DNA of 64,000 nt from Candidatus Harrisonbacteria bacterium CG10_big_fil_rev_8_21_14_0_10_40_38 (GTDB taxonomy: Bacteria > Patescibacteriota > Minisyncoccia > UBA6257 > 1-14-0-10-40-38), in NCBI GenBank assembly GCA_002773535.1, contig PFAZ01000007.1, forward strand, positions 4,675 through 68,674. The letters are read 5' to 3'. The translations under genes and the position numbers were made by a program. The notes beneath the pieces are model-generated. The model was not told the DNA's origin and searched no databases. It saw only the letters and a program-made list of their open reading frames with translations. Every line of letters starts with the position of its first letter. Positions within the stretch are counted from its first letter, which is position 1. Below, piece after piece: positions 38,780 through 48,694 of this stretch.

Positions 38780-40318
38780 TTATTCTGGAAGCGCTATCTT
38801 ATCAAATTCAGCAAGTCCGGAGAGAACCTCCACAGATCCGTTACTACCTTTTATTCCTAGTTTTACAGGTGTAAGCGATGGGCTCCCGTTTATGATTTTT
38901 CTTACAAAGGTGTCTCCATCTTCTTCAACGATAGAAAACCTCGGGATTGAAATTGCATCCTCTCTTATAGATGTTACGATTGAAAGATCAGCGCTAAGGC
39001 CGCTCTTTAATCTGCTATCAGGTTTAATAAGAGCTATTGTCGCTCTATAGTTAGGAACTCCGTCTATGAGTTTTGCTTCCGGTTCTATGGAAAAAATTTC
39101 AGCTTCAAATGTTTCTGCTAAAAAAGCATCAAAATTTACATTGACCTTATTTTTAATCGCAACATCTCCGATATCAATTTCTGGTATATATGCCTTTATC
39201 ACCAAATCGTTCGGATTGATAAGAGATATTAATTTTACTCCAGGCTGCGCTATTTCGCCGATCTCTGCGTCAAAAACTGTAATTACTCCGTCTATAGGTG
39301 CTCTGACATACGACTTTGCAATTTGAGACGATATCCTTTCAACCCTTGCTCTTGAGGCATTAACTGATGCTCTCTGGGCGGCTACCTGTTCGCCTGTAGC
39401 AGGGGATTTTGCAAGAGAAAGTTCGCTAAGCGCGATATTCACATCATCGTTTGCAGATTCTATCTTCTCGTAAGCTGAAGACAAGGATGCGATAGCTACT
39501 GATATTGAATTTCTCGCCGCAGACACGGAAACCCTCCACTCAGAAAGCGTAGCTTCAGAAAGTCCGCTCACTGGAGACGCATTATTTACCGCCCTCGATA
39601 GCAAGTCGAAGAACAATACCAGATCACGGAGATTATCACCCGCAATTCTATCAGCCTCTCTTATATCCAAAGAAGTGTCTTGTATTGAATCAAGCCAAGT
39701 TTCCAAACTATCGCCAATTTTTACCCTTGAAAAATTTAAATTAATTGTAATCTGTTGATCAGCGCTCAATTTTGTTGTAAGACTCGGATTAGAGCTTCTT
39801 GGGCTACTAAAAAGTTGATCAGCCACACGATATAATGCGTCATCGCTGGTTACATAAATACTTCTAAAAGTATTCCAAAAATCACTATAAGCTCTTTCTT
39901 TTGCTCCCTCAGCTCTATTTAGCCTCGACTCGTATAAAGCTATTTCCTCGCTTTTTGCACCTTTGAGAGTTTCACCGAGTCTTGCTTCCTGTAACTCCAA
40001 ATCAGCCTGTGCCTCATGAAGGCTTGCAATAAGATCACTTGTATCAATAGACGCAAGAATAGCTCCTTGTTTAACACTCTGACCAATTCGCGCATAAACA
40101 GACTGTATTCTACCGCCCTGTTCAAATGCTAGGTCCGCGCTGTTTTTTGGTTCGGTTGCTCCACTTATTAAAATTTCTTTTGATACGGTTTTCCTTTCCG
40201 CCGAGACAACCTCAAAGTTTTTAGAGTCCCTACCGTCCGATAGATAAAAAGCAAAAATACTTGCTATAAAAACCAATGGAATAACGGCAACAACTCTCTT
40301 CTTTGGCAAAAATTGCAT
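38780..40318 (-). CDS. HlyD-family periplasmic adaptor (membrane fusion protein)
   Basis: N-terminal TM helix, a biotinyl/lipoyl-like GAILASIDTSDL, a long coiled-coil, then a beta-barrel region YVRAPIDGVIT. Confidence 0.6.
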   Translation of the reverse strand: MQFLPKKRVVAVIPLVFIASIFAFYLSDGRDSKNFEVVSAERKTVSKEILISGATEPKNSADLAFEQGGRIQSVYARIGQSVKQGAILASIDTSDLIASLHEAQADLELQEARLGETLKGAKSEEIALYESRLNRAEGAKERAYSDFWNTFRSIYVTSDDALYRVADQLFSSPRSSNPSLTTKLSADQQITINLNFSRVKIGDSLETWLDSIQDTSLDIREADRIAGDNLRDLVLFFDLLSRAVNNASPVSGLSEATLSEWRVSVSAARNSISVAIASLSSAYEKIESANDDVNIALSELSLAKSPATGEQVAAQRASVNASRARVERISSQIAKSYVRAPIDGVITVFDAEIGEIAQPGVKLISLINPNDLVIKAYIPEIDIGDVAIKNKVNVNFDAFLAETFEAEIFSIEPEAKLIDGVPNYRATIALIKPDSRLKSGLSADLSIVTSIREDAISIPRFSIVEEDGDTFVRKIINGSPSLTPVKLGIKGSNGSVEVLSGLAEFDKIALPE

Positions 40319-40390
40319 AAAATTTAAACTAATTTAATTTATATTTAAGAGACTGCATTGTAACACATTTACTTCTTAAGCGCAAGTATC

Positions 40391-40421
40391 AAAAAACCAC
40401 CCCGTATGCGAGGTGGTTTTT
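40391..40421 (-). terminator. Rho-independent terminator (CCACC-ccgtatgcga-GGTGG, T-run on minus strand)
   Basis: aaaaaaCCACCccgtatgcgaGGTGGttttt. Downstream of the DoxX gene on the minus strand. Confidence 0.5.
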
Positions 40422-40437
40422 AAAAGCAACTATTTTT

Positions 40438-40908
40438 TTATGAGAAAAACATCTTTCCAAACGATGTCTTCATAAATCTGGAACTTCTAAATTTTTCTTC
40501 AAGTCCCCAAGTCTTTCCTGCTTTAAATGCGCAAAGCACGATGAGCGCTGCGGAATATACTATGTGTTCATCAACGATAAGTGAGTGGGCATTCGGATAA
40601 GGAAATCCAAGCGGCAAATAGTAGAGGATCATCATTGTTACGCCAAATGTTGCAGCCAGTCTTATGCTGATACCCAAAATTAGCGCAACGCCAATAAGCG
40701 TAAGACCCCACTGGTTCAGAAAATCAATCATAGGGAGAACTGACGGAGATGCAAAAAAGGCATAAAGTCCTTTAAACGCCTTAGCTCCTTTGAGATATCC
40801 TCCGGCGCTCCATTCAGGATCCATCACTTTGGTTATTCCGGCGTAGAAATACAACCACCCCAAAACAATACGTAGAAGAAAAAGAGAAGTTTTTTGTAGT
40901 TTTGGCAT
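40438..40908 (-). CDS. DoxX-family membrane protein
   Basis: LRIVLGWLYFYAGITKV and a 4-TM architecture. Confidence 0.55.
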   Translation of the reverse strand: MPKLQKTSLFLLRIVLGWLYFYAGITKVMDPEWSAGGYLKGAKAFKGLYAFFASPSVLPMIDFLNQWGLTLIGVALILGISIRLAATFGVTMMILYYLPLGFPYPNAHSLIVDEHIVYSAALIVLCAFKAGKTWGLEEKFRSSRFMKTSFGKMFFS

Positions 40909-40914
40909 AAATTT

Positions 40915-41832
40915 TTAATTAATAAATATCGACTGATTAATAAATAAATTTGGCTCGAAAATTCTTTTAACTTTTTTTCCTTTTTTCACAGATTTATTTA
41001 TCGCGGAAAAAATTTTCGGCGGATCTATTTTTTTCTTTTTTAACATATAAGCTAACCCACCAAGAGACGACCCTCCTTCAGTTTCTTTTAAAAAAGGCTT
41101 ATCTCTTGCAAGAGCAAATCCAAAACTTCTGTTAGATGAGTACTTACTAAGCCCGGTAGCCATTAAGTCCCCAAGACCAGCAGGACCTAATGCTGTTTTT
41201 TGTTTTCCTCCAAATACCTGAACTAATTTTTCAAACTCAACAAAAGAAGCAGAAAAAAGCGAAGCGATGGTATTCGAGTCATATGAAAGACCAGCAGCTA
41301 TACCCATTCCTATTGCATAAACATTTTTTAAAACTCCGGAAACCGCAACGCCTTTAACGTCATCTGATTCAATAATAGAAAGGTGTGTTTTATAAAACAA
41401 TTCAATAATAAATTTTCTAAGAACAGAGGAGTGCGATGCTATAACTCCGACAGTGTGTGATTTTTTAGATAGCTCCTCGGCAAGCATCGGGCCTCCTAAT
41501 ATTCCCCATTTTACACCTCGTGGCGCATATTTTGGAAAAATGCCGTCAGAAAAAATCATTAAATCCGGATCAATGCCTTTAGATAGAGAAACTAAATATG
41601 TGGTTGAGGAAATATATTCGTCAATTTGATCAATTGCATCAGCAAGACATTGTGTGGGAACGCATAAGAAAATTATATTAGCGATTGGCACTATTTCAGA
41701 AAGTTTCTCTTCCGCGAGGCATTTCTTAGGGTTAATATCCCATACATGTATCTTGATATCTGATTTGGATTCCAAAATTTTTGAAATAGCAGTTCCTATT
41801 TCCCCAGCGCCGATTATTAAAACCTTTTTCAT
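40915..41832 (-). CDS. gpsA: NAD(P)H-dependent glycerol-3-phosphate dehydrogenase
   Basis: KVLIIGAGEIGTAI Rossmann motif, GPMLAEEL and KNVYAIGMGIAAGL. Start trimmed to MKKVLIIG. Confidence 0.8.
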   Translation of the reverse strand: MKKVLIIGAGEIGTAISKILESKSDIKIHVWDINPKKCLAEEKLSEIVPIANIIFLCVPTQCLADAIDQIDEYISSTTYLVSLSKGIDPDLMIFSDGIFPKYAPRGVKWGILGGPMLAEELSKKSHTVGVIASHSSVLRKFIIELFYKTHLSIIESDDVKGVAVSGVLKNVYAIGMGIAAGLSYDSNTIASLFSASFVEFEKLVQVFGGKQKTALGPAGLGDLMATGLSKYSSNRSFGFALARDKPFLKETEGGSSLGGLAYMLKKKKIDPPKIFSAINKSVKKGKKVKRIFEPNLFINQSIFIN

Positions 41833-41833
41833 A

Positions 41834-42337
41834 TCAAAAATTATTAACCAACTGACCAACAATTGTTCCTACAAAAATCGCAACCCCTCCAAGAAGAAGC
41901 ATTCTAAAACCACTCCTCCATATATTTGAATGAGAAAATCTTGCGCTCACAAAACCAAGCAAGAAAAGAGAAATCAGGGAAAACGCTATAGACATTCCAA
42001 AAGCAAACTTTGTTTCAAAAAAGAAATATGGAGATAGCGGTATAAATCCTGCAATGAAATAAGAAAAGAACATAATCACGCCTCCAATTCTAGGACTGTT
42101 TGTGCTGCCTTCGGATTTTCTTAAAAAATCTTCAGCGGAGTGTTCAGATAAAAAACTGCCAACTGCCATAGAAAACGCCTCAACAAAAATCAAAACAATG
42201 CCTGTTAAAACTATCGTCTGGCGGGGAACTTCGGCTATGGCTATCCCAGAAAGAAGACCAACTGTCGAAACTAGGCTGTCTTCTACCCCAAAAATGAAAT
42301 TTCGCAGATATGACGCAGAAATATATTTTGACTGCAT
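41834..42337 (-). CDS. VIT1/CCC1-family (vacuolar iron transporter-like) membrane protein
   Basis: FGVEDSLVSTVGLLSGIAIA N-terminal block characteristic of VIT/nodulin-21 proteins. Confidence 0.5.
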   Translation of the reverse strand: MQSKYISASYLRNFIFGVEDSLVSTVGLLSGIAIAEVPRQTIVLTGIVLIFVEAFSMAVGSFLSEHSAEDFLRKSEGSTNSPRIGGVIMFFSYFIAGFIPLSPYFFFETKFAFGMSIAFSLISLFLLGFVSARFSHSNIWRSGFRMLLLGGVAIFVGTIVGQLVNNF

Positions 42338-42450
42338 ATATACCTATATTGTACTGCTGACAGAAAATAAACGCTCGTTTTTCTGTGGAAAATAAAAACT
42401 GCCCACCAGTCCGCTATAAGCAGAAGGGGCAGCTTTTATTTACGTGAAAA

Positions 42451-43164
42451 TTATTTGGAAATCTCCAAATCGCGAACTATTCTTGCTGAAATAGTATTGC
42501 CTTCAAGCTTTCCAAATACACGTACTTTATCTCCACTATTCATATCTCCAAAGGATATCTTCTGGGAATTTTTCCCAAGAATTGCGGTTATGTCAGTCAA
42601 TTGGATTGTATAAGTTTTTCCATTTTCAGTCGTAAATAAGAACGATTTCTCATTAACCGACATGGTTCCGAGAGTACCCGGATAACTTCTTCCAAATGGC
42701 TGCACTGTAGGAGTTGTTTTTTCTGGCTTCTCGTCTTTCTTGTCATCTCTGCCTACTGTAGTCCACACCTTAACACTCTTTGCTTCTATTGATAGGTCAG
42801 AAGTTGTTGAAACAACACCTCGGATCTCAAGAAGATCATTCGAGTTAAGTTTTGTTATATCAAAACCTTCACCAATGAATTTTGTGTCAGAAGACACGGA
42901 GACAGTCCACTTTCCACCAAAGGCATTCAAAACGAAAGAATTTGATGTTGGATGAACCTCTGTAACCTGTCCGCGAAGCATCGCATACACCTCACCGTTT
43001 GCGAACCACGCCTGACCGATTGCAGTAGCGCTGATTTTTCTTGAAAAGAAAGATAGTGTGTCCTCTAGAAGTGGCTGGTTTTTTGCTGAAGCAGCAAAAG
43101 TTCCAAAAGCAATTCCTGATGCAAGAATAACGCCAAAAAGACTCCCGATTATATATTTTTTCAT
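42451..43164 (-). CDS. Hypothetical secreted protein
   Basis: Signal peptide, then a beta-rich sequence. Confidence 0.4.
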   Translation of the reverse strand: MKKYIIGSLFGVILASGIAFGTFAASAKNQPLLEDTLSFFSRKISATAIGQAWFANGEVYAMLRGQVTEVHPTSNSFVLNAFGGKWTVSVSSDTKFIGEGFDITKLNSNDLLEIRGVVSTTSDLSIEAKSVKVWTTVGRDDKKDEKPEKTTPTVQPFGRSYPGTLGTMSVNEKSFLFTTENGKTYTIQLTDITAILGKNSQKISFGDMNSGDKVRVFGKLEGNTISARIVRDLEISK

Positions 43165-43253
43165 GTCTTTTTAAGCACGATAAAAGCGACCTTGTCGCTA
43201 CTTGGGATACAAAGATAACAACCTATATTGGTATATGTGACAGCTATAAGAAG

Positions 43254-43985
43254 CTATTTTTTAAGACTCTCTGCTATTACAGAAGCATCTTGCTTTGCTA
43301 TAGAAATACTTGAATAAACAGCTCTCAGGGCTTCATGTGCTTTTTTCAGTTTTCCTCTCGCTGTTAAAAAGGATTTCTCATCAACGGGTACGGGCAAATC
43401 ATTTGAAAAAGCTTTCGCCATTTCCAGATTTTTGTTTGCATCTTTAATTTCGCTATTTAAATCATCAAGAGCGGACAATAAATCAGAATTATTTGAAATC
43501 TCAGCTATTCTCAAACCAAGTTTATTCGATAAAGCTTCAATATCATGTGTTACCGCTCCGGCTCTGGAAAGCGCTACCTCAAAGAGTGCAACCGAAGAAG
43601 TTATTGAGTAAGATCGATACGTACCGGAAATATTCTTTGCATAATTTTGAAATTCCGGGGTTTCTATGCTCGTATCAGATTGTTTTTGTAACTGTATAAG
43701 GTCAGATAATTGCTCTCTTGCAACATTTATTAACTTTGACCGTAGTTCGATCGGCATTCTCGATGAGTTTTCAAGTCTGTCAATTACAAAGCGTAAACTG
43801 TTTATCCTCCTCATTATTTCATCCTCACCACGTCTTTCAGTCTGAAGGGCCTTCTCTTTGGGTAAATCAGATCCCGTCAAAGATTGAATACCCCTACTTT
43901 GGCTAGTAGTTCTTATTTGGGCATGAGATACAAAAGGAGAAAAGACAAAGGAAAATAAAATAAAAAACTTGAAAATATTTTTCAT
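43254..43985 (-). CDS. Hypothetical secreted coiled-coil protein
   Basis: Signal peptide MKNIFKFFILFSFVFSPFVSHA. Confidence 0.4.
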   Translation of the reverse strand: MKNIFKFFILFSFVFSPFVSHAQIRTTSQSRGIQSLTGSDLPKEKALQTERRGEDEIMRRINSLRFVIDRLENSSRMPIELRSKLINVAREQLSDLIQLQKQSDTSIETPEFQNYAKNISGTYRSYSITSSVALFEVALSRAGAVTHDIEALSNKLGLRIAEISNNSDLLSALDDLNSEIKDANKNLEMAKAFSNDLPVPVDEKSFLTARGKLKKAHEALRAVYSSISIAKQDASVIAESLKK

Positions 43986-44272
43986 GGTTCAATTAACGGC
44001 TCTTCATACAAGCTTTCATCAAAAGACTGAAGATCAGAAGGAAGCTGCTCTAAATTTAATTTTATATCCCGTAGGTCTTTCTCAATTTGCGCATCAGATG
44101 TATTGTTTCCAATCGATTCCAAATCTACGTTATCGCTGACTTGAGAAGGGGATATAGAGTCTGAAAATCTCTCAAAATTCGCCAAAACATAAAGACCAAA
44201 CCCAATCAAAAGAATAACAGCAAACGATATTAGATGTGGCGCATTCTTTGGCTCTTCAATTTTCTTTTTCAT
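43982..44272 (-). CDS. Hypothetical membrane-anchored acidic protein
   Basis: One TM helix. A 4-nt overlap with the downstream gene suggests co-translation. Confidence 0.3.
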   Translation of the reverse strand: MKKKIEEPKNAPHLISFAVILLIGFGLYVLANFERFSDSISPSQVSDNVDLESIGNNTSDAQIEKDLRDIKLNLEQLPSDLQSFDESLYEEPLIEP

Positions 44273-44341
44273 AGCAAGTCTCCTAAATCATTACAAATCT
44301 AAGAGTAACATTAAAGACATTGATGTGGAAAACTATATATT

Positions 44342-45985
44342 TTAATGTTTTAAAAGATGTTCATGTGCGTAATCCAAAGACGCATCAACTTTTTTTCCAG
44401 GATTAAATATAAGACTTGGATCAAAAATTTTCTTTGTTTCAGTAAAAAGCTTGTAAATTTCAGGTCCGTACATCATAGAAAGATATGGCCCGCGTATAAG
44501 TCCATCATTATGCTCTCCTGTCATTGAGCCTTCAAACGAAAATACTAGGCTATAAACTTCGTGTGACAGGTTTTTAATCGTATCTGATAGTTTAGGGTCA
44601 GTCGGATCAACAAGGGGAATTATATGAAAATTTCCATCTCCAACATGACCCGCAACCGTATAGATAATGTCATAACGGGACAAAATCTCATTCAGTCTCG
44701 GCAAGAATTGAGCTAGCTTTTCCGGTCTCACAACAAAATCATCAATAAAAGGAGCTGTTCTTAGATTTTTCAACCTCTGGCGAAGAAGGTTAAAGCTTTC
44801 GCGCCTTATTGCCCAGTATTTTTTTGATTCGGAGTCTTTCTTCGTAAGTTTTGTGGTTATCTTCATTGCCTCAAGTTCCTTTTGAGCCTCTTTTGCTCTT
44901 CTCGAAACCTCCTCTTCGTTATCTCCAGTAAACTCTGCAAGGAGTACAAGTTTTGGTATTCCACCAGTTACAACCATAAAAATTTCCGGCAAAAAACTAA
45001 ATCCAAGCTTGAATAAATTACCGCCAAGTCTTTTTGAAAATTGTGGGAAAAACTTTACAGCAAGTTTAAATGTGTGATCATCATATGATTCAAAACTTTC
45101 CGGTTTATGTTTTAAAACCGCAGAAATGATGTCGCCGAGGCTATCTAGAGAATACAAAAACGAAACAAGTAGTCTTGCATGCTGTTTGGGTTTTATTAAT
45201 CTCAATTTTGCTTCAGTTATGATTCCAAGTGTTCCCTGTGACCCAACGATAACTTTTGTTAAATCAAAAGTTCCTTTATGGTGATCCATAACATTCCACA
45301 GGAAATACCCGGCAGAATTTTTTGAAACATTCGGTTTTGCTGATTGTATAAGCTCATAATTATCATCAATCAGCTTGGACATTGATCTATATATTGATCC
45401 CTCAAAAGATTTAAGGCGTTTTTTTGCCCCAAGCTCTTTTTTATTAAGCGCCCTAAACTCATATTCTTTTCCGTCAGCGCAGACCATTTTAACCGATTCA
45501 ACATAGTCTTCGGTTTTTCCATAAGTAAGGGTTTTTTCACCACCAGAATTATTTGCCACTATGCCTCCCATAGCGCAAATTTCACGGGAAGCCGGATAAC
45601 TTGGAAATAAATATCCCTTTGCAAGCGTTTCTTTTTCAAAATCACGATAATAAACTCCAGGCTCTGTTACTGCATACCCTTCGCCAACTTCTTTGATCTT
45701 ATTAAAATACTTTGTAAAATCGAGAGAAATAGATTCGGTAAGCGGCCCACCGGTCATATCCGTCCCTCCAGCTCTAGGAACTATGGATACGTTGTCACCA
45801 TTCTTTTTTTCTTCTGTCGCATAGTTAACCAACGAAGAAATATCTTCGACGTCTTTTGGGTATGCTACAAGTTCAGGTTTTATCTCAAAAAGACTCGCAT
45901 CGTGACTATGTGTCTTTAATGTCTCTGCGTCCTCAGTTAAATCTCCATGAAAAAATTTTTGTATTGGCTCTAAATGTTTTCGCAT
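44342..45985 (-). CDS. FAD-linked oxidase (GlcD/D-lactate dehydrogenase-like, PCMH FAD-binding fold)
   Basis: VPRAGGTDMTGG FAD-binding motif. 547 aa. Confidence 0.7.
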   Translation of the reverse strand: MRKHLEPIQKFFHGDLTEDAETLKTHSHDASLFEIKPELVAYPKDVEDISSLVNYATEEKKNGDNVSIVPRAGGTDMTGGPLTESISLDFTKYFNKIKEVGEGYAVTEPGVYYRDFEKETLAKGYLFPSYPASREICAMGGIVANNSGGEKTLTYGKTEDYVESVKMVCADGKEYEFRALNKKELGAKKRLKSFEGSIYRSMSKLIDDNYELIQSAKPNVSKNSAGYFLWNVMDHHKGTFDLTKVIVGSQGTLGIITEAKLRLIKPKQHARLLVSFLYSLDSLGDIISAVLKHKPESFESYDDHTFKLAVKFFPQFSKRLGGNLFKLGFSFLPEIFMVVTGGIPKLVLLAEFTGDNEEEVSRRAKEAQKELEAMKITTKLTKKDSESKKYWAIRRESFNLLRQRLKNLRTAPFIDDFVVRPEKLAQFLPRLNEILSRYDIIYTVAGHVGDGNFHIIPLVDPTDPKLSDTIKNLSHEVYSLVFSFEGSMTGEHNDGLIRGPYLSMMYGPEIYKLFTETKKIFDPSLIFNPGKKVDASLDYAHEHLLKH

Positions 45986-46029
45986 ACACCAAGTATACGA
46001 AATAAACTGTAAACCGCCCTGGGGAAAAC

Positions 46030-46566
46030 TTATTTTTTCCTCCTAAAATTCAAAAACTTCCTATTAAGCAATTTACTTGCAGTTTCAGACGTGAGTCTAG
46101 TCCCTGTGTTAATAGTCGAATTCCAAGCTTTTTTTGCGATATCCAACGGATGAAATTTAAGATAATTTCCGCTTATAACAGCAACTAATTTGTTTTTAGC
46201 ATCTTTAGGTAGAGAAGATCTCACTATTGGAGCAAGGTGTGATGGGACAAACAGAAAAACTTTATTTAAATATTTATAAGAATTAATCAGCTTTTTTGAA
46301 CGATCTGCAAAACTATTCACAAATCTGGACAGCAACTCGTTTGAATTCTCAACCTTAACAGAACCGGAACCAAATCTTTTACCTCCTCCGCTCCTTACAA
46401 AAAACCCCTCATTATCAGAATATTTTGGTTTATCAATAAAAAACGAATCAACTTCTGTAAGTCCAGTAGGGGATACTACAAAAAACCTAGCTCCCGACGT
46501 TCCTGCTACAAGAAGCAGTGATGGTGTTGATGAAAATGATTTTAATGTTTCAGGTATTTTGATCAT
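46030..46566 (-). CDS. Hypothetical protein
   Basis: ORF only. Confidence 0.3.
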   Translation of the reverse strand: MIKIPETLKSFSSTPSLLLVAGTSGARFFVVSPTGLTEVDSFFIDKPKYSDNEGFFVRSGGGKRFGSGSVKVENSNELLSRFVNSFADRSKKLINSYKYLNKVFLFVPSHLAPIVRSSLPKDAKNKLVAVISGNYLKFHPLDIAKKAWNSTINTGTRLTSETASKLLNRKFLNFRRKK

Positions 46567-46667
46567 ATCAATTAAAACAAGTTAGGAGTGCGTTGTGTTA
46601 CACAAAAAAGAATTTAACAGTTAAAAAACGCAAAAAAATTTTTATATATGATAAAATTAAATAGAAA

Positions 46668-46961
46668 ATGAACTTTGTAACGCAAACCAATTGGTTTTCG
46701 ATATTTGTAGGAAGCTCAATAGCGCTCGCCTCACTTACTTTTGTTGCAATTGCCGTATTTATTTTATTAATTCTTTTTGAAATACAAAAAATTATAAGAA
46801 CTATCAGAAAAGAAATAACCGAAACCGCTGACAGAGTTCGCATACTGCAGGAAAAAATCGAAAATCCTGAATTTATTTCAGAAAAAATAGGACGTATATT
46901 TAGCGTATTGTTTGAGAAGTGGAAACCAAGCATTAAAAAACGTCGCAAATCAAAAAAATAA
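46668..46961 (+). CDS. Hypothetical small membrane protein
   Basis: One TM helix, then a basic tail. Confidence 0.3.
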   Translation: MNFVTQTNWFSIFVGSSIALASLTFVAIAVFILLILFEIQKIIRTIRKEITETADRVRILQEKIENPEFISEKIGRIFSVLFEKWKPSIKKRRKSKK

Positions 46962-46962
46962 A

Positions 46963-47352
46963 ATGAAAAAAACATCCAAGAAAAAGAAAAACGGCAACGG
47001 ATGGCTTGTTGGAGGTGTCTTTTTACTAGCGCTTATGGGTAGTGTCGCATCTTACTTTTTAGGAGGTGACAAAAACAAAAATAACCGCGCAAAAGCAAAA
47101 GCGTGGATGACAAAAGCTAGAGACGAAGTAATGAGAGACCTAAAAAGAGTTGGTAGAGTTAGCGAAAAAGAGTTCGAACGCATTATTACAAAGGTTCAGA
47201 ACCGATATGCCGGACTAAAAAGCGTAGATAACCGCGAACTAAAAGCTTTCATTTCAGACATGCGCAAGCACTGGAAAGAGGTTGTTCGTGAAGTAAAAAA
47301 GGGGACAAAGAAAGCGGCGAAAACTAGAGCTAAGGTAAAAAAGAAGAAATAG
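46963..47352 (+). CDS. Hypothetical TM-anchored Lys-rich protein
   Basis: MKKTSKKKKNGNGWLVGGVFLLALMG. Start chosen at the internal Met. Confidence 0.3.
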   Translation: MKKTSKKKKNGNGWLVGGVFLLALMGSVASYFLGGDKNKNNRAKAKAWMTKARDEVMRDLKRVGRVSEKEFERIITKVQNRYAGLKSVDNRELKAFISDMRKHWKEVVREVKKGTKKAAKTRAKVKKKK

Positions 47353-47353
47353 T

Positions 47354-48253
47354 TTACGATTTTTCCGAATGCACAACGAGCTGGGGGAATGGAATTTCTA
47401 TTCCCTCTTTTTCGAATTCAATTTTTAGTCTTCTCCTTAACTCTCCAGCCACATCCCATTGTTTCATTGGCTCTGTGTCACCCAAGACTTTAAAAACAAT
47501 AGCCGAGTCCGCAAAGTCATTAATTCTTACAAATTCAGGTGCTTTCTTTATAAATTCTCTCCACTCAGGGTCTTCTGCGAGATCTTTCCCGACCCTATTA
47601 ACGGTTTTTTTCAAATGATCTATATCCGTTTTATAAGAAACCCCAATATCAAGATTAACTCTTGAAAATTGCTTGGATAAATTAGATGTCTTTTTCACTT
47701 CACCGTTTGGTAAATGATGTACTGTTCCATCAAGGTCGCGCAGGGTTGTCATTCTAAGAGTTATACCCTCGACAAGTCCGCATGTACCATCTATACACAC
47801 CACGTCACCAACTCTAAACTGGTTTTCAAGAAGTATAAAAAGGCCGGAAATAATATCTCTTATCAAATACTGGCCGCCAAACCCAAGAGCCAATCCTGCA
47901 ACTCCTGCTGTAGCAAGTAGCGGCTTAATATCAATCCCGGATTCCGAAAGTATCATCGCGCCTGCAACTATCCATATTACAACCCTCACTGTTCCTGCAA
48001 AAACCCCTACAAGCGTATCCTCGCGCTTTTTAACCGCAGTTGTAGACAGTTGTTTATCTTCTGTAAGAGTAAGTGTTCTATGAACAACTTTTTTAATAAA
48101 AAACTTGGAAAACCTTCTAACAACCCACGCGCCAAAAATTATCGCGACAATCGCAATCCCATGGCTCATAGCCCATGATTTTGTACTCATTAAAACATCT
48201 AAAATATATTCATTCATATAATTGCAGTATAGAAACCTGAGTGACAAGGTCAA
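47354..48253 (-). CDS. Mechanosensitive channel, MscS family
   Basis: GVAGLALGFGGQYLIRDIISGLFILLENQFRVGDVV, a TM3 plus beta-domain signature. Confidence 0.8.
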   Translation of the reverse strand: MTLSLRFLYCNYMNEYILDVLMSTKSWAMSHGIAIVAIIFGAWVVRRFSKFFIKKVVHRTLTLTEDKQLSTTAVKKREDTLVGVFAGTVRVVIWIVAGAMILSESGIDIKPLLATAGVAGLALGFGGQYLIRDIISGLFILLENQFRVGDVVCIDGTCGLVEGITLRMTTLRDLDGTVHHLPNGEVKKTSNLSKQFSRVNLDIGVSYKTDIDHLKKTVNRVGKDLAEDPEWREFIKKAPEFVRINDFADSAIVFKVLGDTEPMKQWDVAGELRRRLKIEFEKEGIEIPFPQLVVHSEKS

Positions 48254-48323
48254 CCCATCTTAAAAACGAAACGCCCGATCATCGCCCTGAAAAAATCAGG
48301 ACAAAAACCGGGCAGGCGCCTCA

Positions 48324-48629
48324 CTAAGAGGCAAACTGGGCGGGATCATCTGGGCCGCCACCGTTGATGTCATCCATTGCGAAACTTTCGAGGTTTGTAC
48401 CAGTCGCTTTTTCAAGAATATCGCTAACTTGTTCCGCGGCTTTCCTCTCCGAAGCATCGTCTGAAGATAGCTTTGCACTGATTACCCTGTACGCATCACC
48501 GGGAAAGCATCTAACAGAACATTTTCTGTTCAAAAGTTTCCGAAGCTCTATTCCTTCCTCGGAAAGAGTTTCTTCTTCGAGTCTCACAAAAAACTGCTGC
48601 ATAACAGAACCAGAGGCGACTCGACTCAC
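48324..48629 (-). CDS. Hypothetical protein in a GC-richer island
   Basis: 101-aa ORF whose local GC is visibly higher than the flanks. Confidence 0.3.
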   Translation of the reverse strand: MSRVASGSVMQQFFVRLEEETLSEEGIELRKLLNRKCSVRCFPGDAYRVISAKLSSDDASERKAAEQVSDILEKATGTNLESFAMDDINGGGPDDPAQFAS

Positions 48630-48694
48630 GTCTCTTCTCCTTTTTGGACGACAAAAGGAACCAATAAAAACAATAAACTAAATTTTTTTTTAAA